A stretch of DNA of 58,136 nucleotides, filler included, from Squatina squatina (GCA_031763465.1; 2 parts of 2 records of this genome joined end to end with filler, not necessarily neighbours in it), one strand, 5' to 3'. Positions 24,317 to 37,514 are shown, numbered from the whole stretch's first letter. The notes: generated by a model from the sequence alone, not told the origin. Program-made: numbers and translations.

Positions 24317-25985
24317 TGACTGGTAATGTAAAACCTTGTATCCTGTTTCACACCTTTCTAACATAAATTCTCCAACACCTCTGTTAAAATAATGGACAAA
24401 ACGTTAATATGCTAATATTGCACAGCACAATTTTAAGGCCTTTCTCTTTGTGATTCTTTTACCTCTATGGGTTAATTTCATTTTTGTTCTCCCTGTGACT
24501 GTCACTCCTGTTTCCTTTCTCCCTTTTGTTTGTGTGTTTTTTTAAAACAATTTATCATTCACTTACTCGCCTCTGTTCTTTTCTCCCAAACTGCGAGGCT
24601 CGTCCACGAAAGCAGGATGCTGGAGAAGCACATGGGAACAAGGATTAGCACAATACTGTCCTTGCAGAAGATTCCATGTTTTCAAATGCTTGAATATAGG
24701 GGGAAGCCCTCGTGAGATCAATTCAAAAGGAATATAAACTCCAGCAATTAAATTATGTTAATATCATCTTTCATTTACAATCACAGCACAGCTTAGGACA
24801 TGTTTTCCCTATGAATTTGTCCAACGCTGTCTCCCAGCACCATGTTTCCTCTTTTAACACAGTTGGATAGGTTTCCATTTAACCCCATTAATGCCCTTGT
24901 ACAGTTGGTTCATGGGAGGTGTGCTTCTAATTGTTGAGAGTCTTTCACATAGAGTTCACTATGAACAGTAGAGATGAACAGTAAATCAATTTCCAAATCC
25001 AGCTTCAGACAAATTTGGATATCCTGTGGAGAAAAAAAAATAATAATTTTGGCTCAAATCAGGCTGGGAGAATTTCCACACATTTGTGCAGTGAAATAAC
25101 ATTTTGCTCCCTCTATTTATAATTTTTGCAAATCATCATAATTGCTGAGGTGATATTCATATAACATTTCTCTCCATCGGCCCAGGATCCTGTTTGAATG
25201 ATTCTGTTTGATTCCACTGGGGACCTAACAGGAATAATTCATCCTGGTTTTGGGGATATGTCAGAGCTCTCTGGCAAACAAAGCAGGACTTACCCTCTGG
25301 TGATCTAAAAATCAGATTTTTGGACCATCTGGATTTTGCTTGTGTTTCAGAGGCAGGCTAAACGGGTGTGAAATGCTAAGAACTGATAAAACTTGCACAA
25401 GTGAACTTAAACAAGACCGGGTTCCAAGTCAAGACCCTGCGACTAGGCCACCAGTGCTTTTATGCTCAAGCTACACTGCTCATTTTCAGCCACTTATGCT
25501 ATAGTAATATTTTAGGATCTGACACAAATGAAACATATGGAAAATATCAGCTCGCTTGTGTGACCAGACTCTACTGCCTGCAGTCAGTGGTTCCTCTGAA
25601 AGTAAGAATATCACTGTGCTTAAACAGGCCCGTCCATAATGTCAGACATCATAAGTAAAATTTTCCTCTTTGTTGAACCTGAGGAATGCTCAGTTCCCAG
25701 CGCAGTGAAGAGGATACAATCTCTGTCGCCAGTATACTGACCCGTCACTCCCGGTGCCTCCCTCAGTGGGCTGTAACCGAGCCTGCTCCCACCTATATAT
25801 GACTTTCATTCCACTTCTTTTCAAGAGATTCCTGTAATAAAAACACTGAAGAAATCACACTTATAAAAATTTTAAACATAGTATCAGGAAAGAAAAAAAA
25901 ACATGAAAAAATTATGTTAATTGCACAAATTTATGCCACAATTTATGGAGGGGTAGTAATGACTTATATCACACACTGTGTCAAC

Positions 25986-26037
25986 TGTGGCTCAGTGGTA
26001 TCACTCTTGCCTCTGGGTCAGAAAGTTGTGGGTTCCA
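25986..26037 (+). mobile_element. tRNA-derived SINE head (Deu-SINE/SacSINE-like)
   Basis: A-box-like TGGCTCAGTGG and B-box-like GGGTTCCAG. Similar to the head of the SINE at 54830. Interrupted by a CR1 fragment. Confidence 0.6.
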
Positions 26038-26250
26038 GAAATGTTAGGGAACCAAGGGTCCAGTGAGAAGGAGGAATTGAAGGAAATTAGTATTAGCAAA
26101 AAATAGTCCTGGAGAAATTAATGGGACTGAAAGCCGATAAATCCCCAGGGCCTGATAATCTACATCCCAGAGGACTAAAGGAGGTGGCCATGGAAATAGT
26201 GGATGCATTGGTTGTCATCTTCCAAAATTCTATAGATTCTGGAACAGTTC
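26038..26250 (+). mobile_element. CR1 LINE ORF2 fragment (start of RT region)
   Basis: VLEKLMGLKADKSPGPDNLHPRGLKEVAMEIVDALVVIFQNSIDSGTV matches the classic CR1 'KSPGPD.LHPR.LKE' motif. Confidence 0.85.
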
Positions 26251-27056
26251 NNNNNNNNNNNNNNNNNNNNNNNNNNNNNNNNNNNNNNNNNNNNNNNNNN
26301 NNNNNNNNNNNNNNNNNNNNNNNNNNNNNNNNNNNNNNNNNNNNNNNNNNCAACTCCAGAGAGAAGCTCTTTCATTTTCCTCCCTTTCAGATGACCCAAG
26401 ATCGATTGCACTATCTGAGGGAATGCAGTGTGTGAAGGTCATCCTGCACTGGAACTGAAATCAGCGGCTCTCAAGTCTGTGATGCAATGTATTAACACAT
26501 TGCTCCTCTGAGCTTTGTAACAATTTACAGCATACTAAAATATATGGGGTTTTTGGCTTACAATGGGACCTGCAGCAAAATCAGGACCACTACAGCTTGC
26601 TGAGCATATCTTTTCACTCTTGTACATGAAATACTCTGTTCCAGTTGAGAGATTTTTATAAACAGATACCAATTGACCTCACCATTATGGTGAGATTTGA
26701 CTCTTGGATATATGAATCACTGCATGATTTTCAGAAAAAAAATTGATTGACTGCTGCAGAAGCACCACAAGGTCAGACTGGCATAAAAAGATGTTTATTG
26801 AAAGGAAGGAGAAGCTGTGTGTCAAAGACTTGGCTGAAGCCGCTTGGAGCACGGAAGACGTTACAACAAAATCACTGTTGGATGAACACATACTATGATT
26901 TGCTTTTACAGAGCTGTCAAACATCATTCAGATTAAAATTAAAATGCATATTGTTTCCAGTTGTTTTTTCTATTGCAACATACATCTGTATTGCTATGTG
27001 TGCCACCTGCTTCGCCCAAGCATTCACACGCAGCCATCTAACAACTGCCAAATCTT

Positions 27057-27097
27057 AAGACCATAAGAAATAGGAACAGGAGTAGGCTATTTGGCCC
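27057..27097 (-). mobile_element. CR1-type LINE/SINE 3' tail
   Basis: TAAGACCATAAGAAATAGGAACAGGAGTAGGCTATTTGGCCC is the reverse complement of a typical shark CR1 3' terminus. Runs into a gap. Confidence 0.6.
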
Positions 27098-27919
27098 NNN
27101 NNNNNNNNNNNNNNNNNNNNNNNNNNNNNNNNNNNNNNNNNNNNNNNNNNNNNNNNNNNNNNNNNNNNNNNNNNNNNNNNNNNNNNNNNNNNNNNNNCTC
27201 TTGCATTGCTGCACATTATATTTTTAAAAAGTATTCAATTTCAAGACTACTGCAATTAACATCCTTTTATATCACAGGTTGCTTTGCTAACACAATAAAA
27301 TTTTACAGAAATGCGATAGAAGCTGCACATATTGTAGTAAAGTTAAGTCGGCACTGGTAGGCTTAAATCTGAAAGTCAGAACATGCCAAAATAGATGCAC
27401 TAGACAGGCGTTCTCTCCCCTGGCTGCTGTAGAACTGATGTTGTGCTGCTGCAATGTTTATTCTGTGCCCACTATTAACTCACAGTCTTGGCCATCTAAG
27501 TAAGAACTAAACCATGCCAAGACAAAGTCTAAATCGTCTGGAAAAAAAGCCAGCAGTTTTTTTTCCCCTTAACATGTCTTCTTGCTTGTTGGTAGACTCC
27601 CTCCTCCGCTGCCGTGAGTCTACAGTCAGGAAGACAAACAAAGCTGCAGACTCCTTCATATCACTGATGAGAACACCACACTGTGGGGCAGCCAGAAATG
27701 GTAGAGTGAGACTCCATAACTGCCAGTGTCAGTTTTTAACCCTGGTGTCTCCTCTCCCTCCCCACAGCCCACTCGGCATTACTAGAATGTGTTATACATG
27801 TGCCCCTCTGCTGGACTTGTACGAGATGTTCAGAAATGTGGAAGACAAGCACTCTGCTACAGGTCGACAGGCTGATCACTGTAGTTGCACAGTGAAGATT
27901 TATGAATGTTTCCTGTTGC

Positions 27920-28019
27920 NNNNNNNNNNNNNNNNNNNNNNNNNNNNNNNNNNNNNNNNNNNNTTAATTAATTAANNNNNNNNNNNNNNNNNNNNNNNNN
28001 NNNNNNNNNNNNNNNNNNN
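27920..28019. other. Synthetic scaffold-joining spacer N44-TTAATTAATTAA-N44
   Basis: A palindromic 12-mer with stops in all six frames (27964-27975) is centred exactly in a 100-nt N block. Gene content changes across it. Confidence 0.93.
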
Positions 28020-28087
28020 CATGCATTAGTGAAAAATATTATTTGAAAATGACAGGACAAACTGACCAGAATGATTTTTCCATCCAG

Positions 28088-28225
28088 TTATCCAGAGACT
28101 GCCGAGCAGAGATTCAGCGAATTCTTCATCAACGAGCTTTGGATGTGAAGTTGGAGCCTGCATTACAAGAACGCTGCATAATAGACCTCGGGAAATGGTG
28201 CAGTGAAAAAACAGATCCTGGACAG
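28088..28225 (+). CDS. GLG1: Golgi glycoprotein 1 internal exon (cysteine-rich GLG1 repeat)
   Basis: TTTTTCCATCCAG|LSRDCRAEIQRILHQRALDVKLEPALQERCIIDLGKWCSEKTDPGQ|GTAATA; 138 nt, phase 0/0. Confidence 0.93.
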
Positions 28226-29043
28226 GTAATACCGGCCTGTGTGTACTCGTCTGCAGTATTACCAGGGTATATCCCACAGGGCTAAGAGTGAGAAGGTCAG
28301 AAGGGGAATGCTGCTGGGAAGAGTATGCGGCTGCAAGAGTAGCCTGACCATTGAACTGGCTCCAGTCTGGGTGCTCGGAGGAAGTGCTGTATTCACTTGA
28401 CAAAAGTAGCCGCACTGCAGCAAACTTAGTGGCTGATCCTCTGTTTCACTTCATATTTACCTTGCATATGGAGAGGAATTTAGTTTTGATTATTCTAGCA
28501 CGTGGGTAGATTGAATTACTGTCCTTTTTTGCTATTTGTTTCTGCAAGTATCCAGAGCAATCCTGAAATACTGCATCCACACACACATTGGATGCTGCCT
28601 GTCACCCTGCCATCCATGTCAGTATGCAGACAATCAAAGCAAATTCTTAGGCCGGTCAACATCACGCAAATAACGATGAAATGAAACACTCAGCCATGTC
28701 CCATTAGATTATTACGTGTCAGGAAATTATTATTTCTGTTTATTATATAAAATAGATGTGAATTTTCTTTGATGTAGCGTTCTGAAAATTATTAAACCTT
28801 TGTGCCTTGGGCTTAANNNNNNNNNNNNNNNNNNNNNNNNNNNNNNNNNNNNNNNNNNNNNNNNNNNNNNNNNNNNNNNNNNNNNNNNNNNNNNNNNNNN
28901 NNNNNNNNNNNNNNNNTATTCGTGTCCATAAAACCTTTCAGGTGCTCATCAAGCATCTATTGCCTGGTTTTCATGGTGTATAATCCTGCTTTACTTTGGG
29001 CTGAAGCTCCTCAATTAACATAGTATTACTGTTTTTCTTGTAG

Positions 29044-29211
29044 GTTGCCCCAGCAGAGGGATTTGCAGACTTAGCCTATCAAGTTATGACGTCTCCGTCC
29101 AAAAATTACCTTATGGGCTTGTTGGCGCTTGGAGTCTGCGTTCTTTTTCTACTGGGCATGACCTGTGGCAGGATCACCAAACGAGTGACACGGGAGCTGA
29201 AGGATAGGTAG
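29044..29211 (+). CDS. GLG1: Golgi glycoprotein 1 last coding exon (transmembrane helix and cytoplasmic tail)
   Basis: TTTTTCTTGTAG|VAPAEGFADLAYQVMTSPSKNYLMGLLALGVCVLFLLGMTCGRITKRVTRELKDR*. Too short to appear in the ORF track. Confidence 0.95.
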   Translation, partial: VAPAEGFADLAYQVMTSPSKNYLMGLLALGVCVLFLLGMTCGRITKRVTRELKDR

Positions 29212-31580
29212 AGCATGGCCCAAGCCTGCCTTTGTACAGCCTCTGTATAGTCTCCTTAAATAAGAGCAGCAGACGCAATCCGATCCTTTACATTTTCTCT
29301 GTTTGTTCTACACAGATTTTACCTGCAGAACAAATGTGCGAGCCAAAAGCTGCTGCTTCTGCTCCAGCAGGACTCCTCTCTTTAGTTTCCTGTAGACTTG
29401 GTTCCCATTGTGTATCTGAATCATGTTCACCCAGATCAAACGAGTCTTACTGGTAGCAGTCTCATCCAACAGAGATTCTCACCTGTCGGAAAGGTAACTG
29501 CCACAAACGGAATGATTCCAAAGAATTGTATCAGTTCAAGTAGATTGTAAGATGCTTTCAACATGTCTGCTTCCGCCTCTTGTTTTCTCTCATTTTGGNN
29601 NNNNNNNNNNNNNNNNNNNNNNNNNNNNNNNNNNNNNNNNNNNNNNNNNNNNNNNNNNNNNNNNNNNNNNNNNNNNNNNNNNNNNNNNNNNNNNNNNNTC
29701 ATTTTGGCGACTAAAAACACACTGGTCTTGCTCTCTTTTTGGAGATTATATTCTTTTCACTCTTTTAGTGATGGTGGGGAGGAGGTGGAGAAAAACTGGC
29801 TTTGGTTTTGCCTACTGAAGCCCACATTGTAAATGAAATACTGAGTGTTAGTGGTTTAAAGGGACCTGTTTGTGCAGAATGTGAGGATTGAGCCACTCTA
29901 AGGTGGCTGGAGGTATTGAGGCCAAACTTAACTCACTGTATATTTGAAGTGTTTGGCGTTACGGAAAATTGTGGTAGCTGTTTTCATCCATATGCTGTGC
30001 TTTGATGGTTTGGATTACTCGGACTGTCGGCTCCAGTTCATGGACTGATAGCACTTGGAGGTCTGTTAGATTTTTTCACTTTTTGAATTGAAGTACAAAA
30101 GGTCCGAAAGGAGACCATCCACAAAGCTCAATACCAACTTGACAGTTTACCCTGCAATCGTGTAAAAGTTACATCACTTTTTATGCCCTCTGGTGAGGCT
30201 AGGAAATGACCCTTTTCTGAATTAAGCCAAGGTTCATTACACATATCTGTAATTCTCTCTAGTGGTGCACTATTATTTCACAGCTGCATTCTGACTATGG
30301 TACTCTGGGGCGAAGGCTGACTAGTAGGAAACCAGGCAGCCTGAAATTGTTTAGTTTAATTCTAGGAGAACGAGGTAATTTCATGAGGTGCGTTTTTGCG
30401 CGCACACTATGATATGTTGCTGAATTGTGCAGTCACACTGGTGCTTACCAAGATGGCATAATGTGTACAGCATTAAACTTTTGCATATCTGTATGTTGTA
30501 AGAAATAACGCTGATTTGGAATAAAAATATATATAGAGAAGAATAATTCTGTGGCAGTATTTTTGCCAGTTTCAAAAATAATGTTCGAACAATTGCCAAA
30601 CTCTATAGTTGTTTGAAGTCCCTTTTTTAAGCTGCGAGTGTACAGCGTGGTCATTAATGCAAGGTTAATTTGCACAAAGGGAAAATTGGATTTCTCCAGT
30701 CAAGATCATTTTGGGTATGATGAATCAATTTTGAGGCACTGTGGTTTGATATCCTGTTCAGTACAACTAAATAAATACTCAGAACCTAACTGAAATGTAT
30801 TTGCAGCACATTTTCAAGTTGAAGTTTGAGAGAGGCAATGGGGAAAGAATTAACTTAGCACAATTTGCGATTACTCCAGCCAATTCCTGCAGTGCAACAT
30901 TTGAAAGTGAATTTAAAAATAATAATTCTCAGAATGCTTAACCAGATCAGTAAGCTAGTTACTTGTAATTTATATTATTATACAAGTGCCACCAGTATTC
31001 TGCTATTGTGTGGCAACAGAGTTATTTTGGTGGGTCTTAGGAGCAGCATGTTCAATGCCTCTTCCTATACGATGCAACATGAAAGAGGAAAGATGTGCTG
31101 CAGCAAATAGGTTAGTATAGGTATAGCCCTCGCTACTATCTCCNNNNNNNNNNNNNNNNNNNNNNNNNNNNNNNNNNNNNNNNNNNNNNNNNNNNNNNNN
31201 NNNNNNNNNNNNNNNNNNNNNNNNNNNNNNNNNNNNNNNNNNNCTTTTTTTTTTTAATTTCCTTTGTATTAGGGGTGTTTAAAATTTTTTAATACAGAAT
31301 ATCTGTAGTGAAATTGTGTACAGTGAGACTCCTTGGCGTCACCCTGCGTGTTGTACAGACAAGACGCGAAAAGTCGTGCGTTGTACTGCTATAGGTGTCG
31401 ATGTCACTTAGAAGTAAAATTTACAAACTGTAGGGTTTTGTAAATTTTTTTCTGTGTATAAAATCCGCTTCATGAACGTACAAGATACTTGTTCCTGATC
31501 ATGCTGTGTAATTTGAGATGTTAATGAAATCCTAACATACAGGCTCTGTGTTCTGTACAGATGAAATGGCAGAATTTATT

Positions 31581-31586
31581 AATAAA
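31581..31586 (+). promoter_or_regulatory. Candidate GLG1 polyadenylation signal
   Basis: AATAAA preceded by several TGTA motifs and followed by a T-rich tract, downstream of the GLG1 stop. Gaps intervene. Confidence 0.4.
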
Positions 31587-33032
31587 AAGGTCTGCAGGTT
31601 TTTAAACTTTGTCTTTTCCTTTTGAGTCCTGTTCATTGCTGCATTTTCCATGCCCAAGTTGAATCACGATGGATTTTGACCAGTTATCTAGGTAAGATCC
31701 CTTGTACTGAAGGGCTGCAAGTAGTAATGACAAGATAAGATAATTACAAATGAGGAAGCCCATTCGTCCCATCTTAATGTAAAGGATAAGCAGGAATTTT
31801 AGGAGTCCTGCAATATAATGCTTAAACATAAAAATAAAATGGTGACTAAGGGTACAGCAGTGTGATACCTTAAAATAAGGGAGTTTAGGAGTACAGTAAT
31901 TATGCTCCAAGGGGCAGGGTATGAAGGGTACAGCAGTGTGATGTGTTGCTATAGCAGGGTTACAGAAACACAGGAAAGCATAAAGAGTGCATCTAGTAAA
32001 TGATGGTTCTCTCCAGTAACTTCAACTGTTCATGCATTTGACAGCCACTCCTAGATTGCCTGTGTTCTGGATATTGGAGATGAAAGGATAAATACAGAAT
32101 AGTCTTTGAAATGAACTTACACCTGAAAATAATTTTTAAAATCTGGTCTGAGGCCATGATGTCTCCTTAAATAGCAATCCAGGACCTGGAGTGTGGTGCC
32201 TAATGTTTACTGAAATCCTGCTGCAGCCTTGATGTGACAGCAATTCATCTAAACAGCAAATTTATTGAAGTAATAGATCACTCAAAGTTTAAAATGTTAC
32301 ACTCATCCTACCTCATCTTAATTTGCGCAGTGGCCTGGAGCAAGCGGAATTTCTGCCCACCTCAAATGGGGCCCCAAGGTCAGAAGGGACAGGGCCAAGG
32401 GTAGGGAATTCCCTCACTGGAAATTTTCCTTGCTCAAGGCTTCCCACCACCAAACAACCAAGATGCAAGTATTAATCCAGTGTGAAAGTCAGCTTTGTTA
32501 AAACGGGGACAATAAAATTAAACAGCAAGGGGAGGAATTTGTGTGGCTGTGCCACACGTTAGTGCCAGGAGATGACGCTAAAATGCCGTTGACAGCTGTA
32601 ACGACAGCTGATGCCGGTTCCAGCGTCGCACATATCAGTGATGCCGGTAGCACTGCTGGTAACCTCAATTGTCAGGGAGCTCTCCATGATGGAGACCGTG
32701 GCATCAGTGAGTGTGCAACGCTCACTGGACTCCCGATCTCCAACATTGGGTTTAGCCACTAAACCTTGCCATTCAAATAGAAAGNNNNNNNNNNNNNNNN
32801 NNNNNNNNNNNNNNNNNNNNNNNNNNNNNNNNNNNNNNNNNNNNNNNNNNNNNNNNNNNNNNNNNNNNNNNNNNNNNNNNNNNNATATTTCTATAAAAGC
32901 ATGCATGATTGGCCCCTCGGATGTGCTTTGTATGTGTGGGGTGCGTGTGTCTGTAGGTGTGGATTATAGGTGGCCCAATCCCAGCCTGTGTGCTTCTGCT
33001 ATCTCACTGCACCCAACTGTTGGTGTTGGCAG

Positions 33033-33166
33033 GTTGGCCGCAGGAACCACGCGTCTCTGTGGCGGGATTGTAAGCACAGTCAAGCACATCAGCATAGAAA
33101 CAAAGATGGCAGACTATTCAAACAAACTTTATCAACAGTTGGCACAAGAAACTGGTGTCCAGACAG
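33033..33166 (+). CDS. PDPR: Pyruvate dehydrogenase phosphatase regulatory subunit, early internal exon
   Basis: TTGGCAG|(R)LAAGTTRLCGGIVSTVKHISIETKMADYSNKLYQQLAQETGVQT(G)|GTAAAG; FAD-binding region. Confidence 0.9.
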
Positions 33167-33469
33167 GTAAAGGCTTTCTTTCCACATTGCTTGTTTTTTT
33201 CGTGGGTTTGGTTACACAGATACCATTGCCTTCCACTGTCTGGGGAGGGGTACTTCAACAGAACCGAGTCTGGAAACAGGACTAAATGTTCACTTATCGA
33301 GGCACTTCAGTTATTTTTCTAACTGGGATACTTAAGTTCACGTAGTTAGTGTATAGTGGAGAGCTGGAGTGTGATAAACTGCTAGTTTTGGTGGGACTGG
33401 GGGTGGTCGGGTGGTAAGTTTAGCAGGATAGGTTGGATGGGTGATTGATGCATGTAAAGGACAGGTTTG

Positions 33470-33723
33470 CAATGTTTCTGTTTACCTGTGTACTTGGGGA
33501 GTGCTTACAGTGTTTCTATTGACCCTCTTTACTTGTGCACACATGTTAGTGTTCATTTACTTTGTATACATGGGGAGGAGTTAGTGTTTCTGTTTACACT
33601 GTACATGGGGAGGGGTTACAGCGTTTATTGTTTACACTGTACATGGGCAGGGGTTACAGTGTTTTTACACTGTGTACATGGGGAGGGGTTACAGTGTTTA
33701 TTGTTTACACTGTACATGGGGAA
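33470..33723. repeat. Minisatellite, ~33-38 bp unit TGTACATGGGGAGGGGTTACAGTGTTTATTGTTTACAC
   Basis: At least 4 clear copies from ~33565, with more degenerate copies to the left. Runs into a gap. Confidence 0.85.
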
Positions 33724-33849
33724 NNNNNNNNNNNNNNNNNNNNNNNNNNNNNNNNNNNNNNNNNNNNNNNNNNNNNNNNNNNNNNNNNNNNNNNNNNNNN
33801 NNNNNNNNNNNNNNNNNNNNNNNCAAGAAACCTCTTCCATGAGTCCACT

Positions 33850-34130
33850 ATCCCCTGGTGAAAGAAGAACTACCTAACCTCTAATCCAAGCCTTACCATT
33901 GGCACAGCTGCGACACATGACTCCAATCTTCCAAATCGATCAATGGGAAAGCAACATAGCCCTTTATAACTTTTTTGTAAACCTCCAGCAAAACTCCTGG
34001 ATGTCTGTGCAACTCTAAAAGTGAATACACCCAGTGTTTTAAGCTTCTCTGAGTAACTAAGGTTGTTTAAACTGGGAACCATTCTTGCACCCCTCATGGA
34101 TCCACCTGGAATTTATGCATGTGATGGTCC
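33850..34130 (-). mobile_element. CR1 LINE ORF2 C-terminal fragment
   Basis: ARMVPSLNNLSYSEKLKTLGVFTF matches the CR1 'RM.PGL..LSYEERL..LGLFSL' motif. Confidence 0.7.
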
Positions 34131-34229
34131 ATGTCAACTACTGGCCCAGAATGTATCTGCAGGTGGGTCAACTTCAGTTACCGAGTCTGTCCACTGCAAA
34201 ATAAACAGTGGTTTAGCTCTCCCGATTGC

Positions 34230-34540
34230 TTCAGGAGTGAGATACTGAGAATCATCCCAGGTTTATTTCCAAATCTGTGCTGGAGTTAGCTGATTTCAGC
34301 CAGCAATTCTGCAGTTGGCCTCGGCAATCTTGGAGGAAGGGTAACGATCAGCTTGCTCCTCATTACTATCTAGTGACTGCTGGAAAGCACAAGGGCATGA
34401 ACACTGGATGAGAGCAGGACTGGGCTTGTTTGTGATGTTTGCCAGTGGTGGTTAGCTTGACAGTGCTCAGTGTCTGGGCTCACACTTGAAAAATGACTTC
34501 TTGCGGGGAGGTGGCTGTGCCGTTGGAATTGTACCTCAAA
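34230..34540 (+). mobile_element. Decayed SINE (LF-SINE-like shark family)
   Basis: Contains GTTAGCTGATTTCAGCC...CTATCTAGTGACTGCTGGAAAG...GGGCTCACAC. A related reverse-strand copy lies at ~57440-57630. Confidence 0.45.
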
Positions 34541-34723
34541 GTGCCTTCAGACAGGGGAGTGAGGGTTGGGGGGTGGGTTGGGGAACTGGGAGAGGTTCAT
34601 GAGATTATAACTGAACACAAATTCTGTGGAGCTCGCGACTATCAGATCCCAGAGGCACGATGTTGAAGGATGAATGTGGTTGAGCTGCTCTGATTTATGA
34701 CTGTGATTGTCCTGTGTTGCCAG

Positions 34724-34916
34724 AGCCACTGCTGAGTGCGTTGCTGCGACGGATGCCGTCCCTGGAGTCAGCCGAGATCCTGCAGCTGGTGAACTGCCCA
34801 GAATCCTTCACTGCTGACATGCGATGCATCATGGGAGAGTCAGCAGCTGTACGGAACTACTTTGTTTTGGCGGGAATGAACTCCAGTGGCTCGTCCTTCG
34901 CAGGCGGAGCTGGGAA
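34724..34916 (+). CDS. PDPR: PDPR internal exon
   Basis: TTGCCAG|(E)PLLSALLRRMPSLESAEILQLVNCPESFTADMRCIMGESAAVRNYFVLAGMNSSGSSFAGGAG(K)|GTGAGT. Confidence 0.92.
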
Positions 34917-35608
34917 GTGAGTGGCTCGCCGATCCCTGGGAGGGACGCAGTTACAACCTTTGAACGGGAGTGGGTGAATCATTTCATAGCGAGCGTGGCC
35001 ATGGAGCAGAGGCGCTGGGGCACTGGGTTCGTGGGGAAAGAAAAATCAGACGATTCTTTCTTCTCTGTACTCCCCAAATGCCGTCTGCTAGGCTTATTGG
35101 GAGGTGTGAGAATTGGTACCTGTGTCTATGTCAGAGAATTGTGCGTAGCATGTGGTGGGGGGGGGATTGGTGAAAATAACTTACTCAATGGACAGCGCCC
35201 CCCGCCAAATAATTTCATATTTTCTTAAACATTACAGAGAGTTTGCATTTTGTGTTGTGCACAGTGTTAAGACTCCAGTGCTTGGTGAATTGTATATTTT
35301 ACCCTGTCAGAGACGCTGCAGAATATTTTGGTAAAACGTATAGTAGGCACCCTGCAGAGATTAGGAGGGGACTGGNNNNNNNNNNNNNNNNNNNNNNNNN
35401 NNNNNNNNNNNNNNNNNNNNNNNNNNNNNNNNNNNNNNNNNNNNNNNNNNNNNNNNNNNNNNNNNNNNNNNNNNNACAAGATAACACGGATGGTTCTGAA
35501 ATCTATTTACAAAATTACGCACCTGCTGCTGCGGGGCAGTGTGGCGCGGCTTATTACGCCTGTCTGCTTTCTGTATTTCTGGGATTAACCTCCTTTGTTT
35601 AATCATAG

Positions 35609-36013
35609 GGGACTGATTTTATTGGCCGTGAGGCGCTTTTGCAGCAAAGACAGGAGGGAGCTTGCCGTCGGTTCACCATGTTTATCCTGGATGATCATGA
35701 CACTGACCTCGACCTTTGGCCCTGGTGGGGAGAGCCTATATACAGGAATGGCCACTACGTTGGCATGACAACCAGCAGCGCCTACAGTTATACGCTGGCC
35801 CGCCACGTCTGCTTGGGCTTTGTTCACCAGTATGACGAAGACTCTGGAGCTAAACTGGTGGTGACCCCAGAGTTCGTCAATCGCGGGGACTATGAGATTG
35901 AGATTGCTGGACAGCGCTTCCGGGCGAAGGCCAAACTCTACCCGTTCAGCTCCCCATTTGCACAGAAGAGGAGGAAGGATGAGATGGAACTGAGCAGCTT
36001 TCAGGGGAAGTAA
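35609..36013 (+). CDS. PDPR: PDPR last coding exon (GcvT C-terminal barrel)
   Basis: TTTAATCATAG|GTDFIGREALLQQRQEG...FILDDHDTDLDLWPWWGEPIYRNG...TTSSAYSY...GDYEIEIAGQRFRAKAKLYP...RRKDEMELSSFQGK*. Confidence 0.95.
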   Translation, partial: GTDFIGREALLQQRQEGACRRFTMFILDDHDTDLDLWPWWGEPIYRNGHYVGMTTSSAYSYTLARHVCLGFVHQYDEDSGAKLVVTPEFVNRGDYEIEIAGQRFRAKAKLYPFSSPFAQKRRKDEMELSSFQGK

Positions 36014-37514
36014 GAACTACGGCAGCACCTTCCAGGTTCAAGGTGGTGACGGGCTAGTCACGTGGATCCCAAGAGGGAGGGTGTGGGTGTGCATAGCCAA
36101 TTCTCCCACCTCTCACAAACACTCTAAATATACACAAATTGAAGAATTGTTCTGCATCTCATGCATCCAGCAGCACCTGAAGGCACGCTCCTGGGTTTTC
36201 TTGGTTTAATGAGCAGTAGAAAATGCTGTGCTCGTGTGGGCCGGAGCACCACTTTCTGTCCTGAGGGAAAAGCGCGTTTGATTATGCGAACGTAATTCAG
36301 AGCCATCTGTAATTTATTGTCTCCTCTCTCTCTCTCTCAAATGAACTTGATGAGATTGGGAAGTAGGTACGGGCCTGGCCCCAACTCCTAGCACCCCAGG
36401 TGGCATGCGATTACAGACCTACCCTTTCACTGATGGTTCAGGCCTCTATGGTATAGTGGACAAGGGTTGAGCTGCCCTTAACCACTCCTCCAATTTGCAG
36501 GTGAATCGCAGAAAATTAAGCATTGTGACAAAAATGTTCTCCATTCTCCTCTTCCCTGTGGATCTGTGCCAGCAGAGTAGTCTTTAATCGGCTTCCAGGA
36601 GCCAAATATGTACAAACAGCCTAAAACTCAAGGCCAAGATCCTGCCAAGTCTGTAGTAAGCCTGTGTCANNNNNNNNNNNNNNNNNNNNNNNNNNNNNNN
36701 NNNNNNNNNNNNNNNNNNNNNNNNNNNNNNNNNNNNNNNNNNNNNNNNNNNNNNNNNNNNNNNNNNNNNTTTATAATATCAACAACTAAAGAGGTTTCTG
36801 ACTGGCAGCAGCACTGTATTCATCAACGTTAGCAGCTGTACTGTATTATGATCAGCAACAGTCAAAACTACAAGCAATGCCGTTATGAAGGAAACACTAC
36901 ACAGCACATGCTGCTACAATGTATGCACAGATATGATCATGGAAAAATATGTATGCATTTTATTAAAATGCTTGTGATGTTTTAACTTGCATACAGCCAG
37001 ATGATGATCATAGCCTAGGGAGAGTATTGGTATTATTAGTGCTCCAAGCTGCAGATTAATCAAAGAAACACAATGGAATTTTACCTAGAATCTTGATTTA
37101 AGAAAATCCACAATGAAGAATTTTATGAATAAATGCAAAGGCCATAATTGCATGAGCTGGCAGTACTAAAGATTAAGGGGTGAGGTCACAATTTACACAA
37201 GGGGCCAACTGAGTTACTGGTGTACAAAACATACTTTTTTTTAAGCTATATAAGAGTTTGGGTTTTGCAGTAAGCTCAGCAGTAGAACCAAGGTTGGGAG
37301 TGCAGTTAGACCTTGAGTTTGTAATAAGGTTAGATTGGTCTGAAGCATTACTCTTGGAGCTGAAGTAAGCATGAAGGTAATTGTGGTTGAATGAGCCNNN
37401 NNNNNNNNNNNNNNNNNNNNNNNNNNNNNNNNNNNNNNNNNNNNNNNNNNNNNNNNNNNNNNNNNNNNNNNNNNNNNNNNNNNNNNNNNNNNNNNNNTGT
37501 TAATGTAAAACACT

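Noticed and set aside
25986-26037. tRNA gene
   Set aside because: A- and B-box-like motifs only, with no complete cloverleaf; it is a SINE head.
32611-33285. 224-aa ORF as a single PDPR N-terminal coding region
   Set aside because: It spans a 100-N gap. Only 33033-33166 matches PDPR; the 5' part follows a TIR-like motif and looks transposon-derived.
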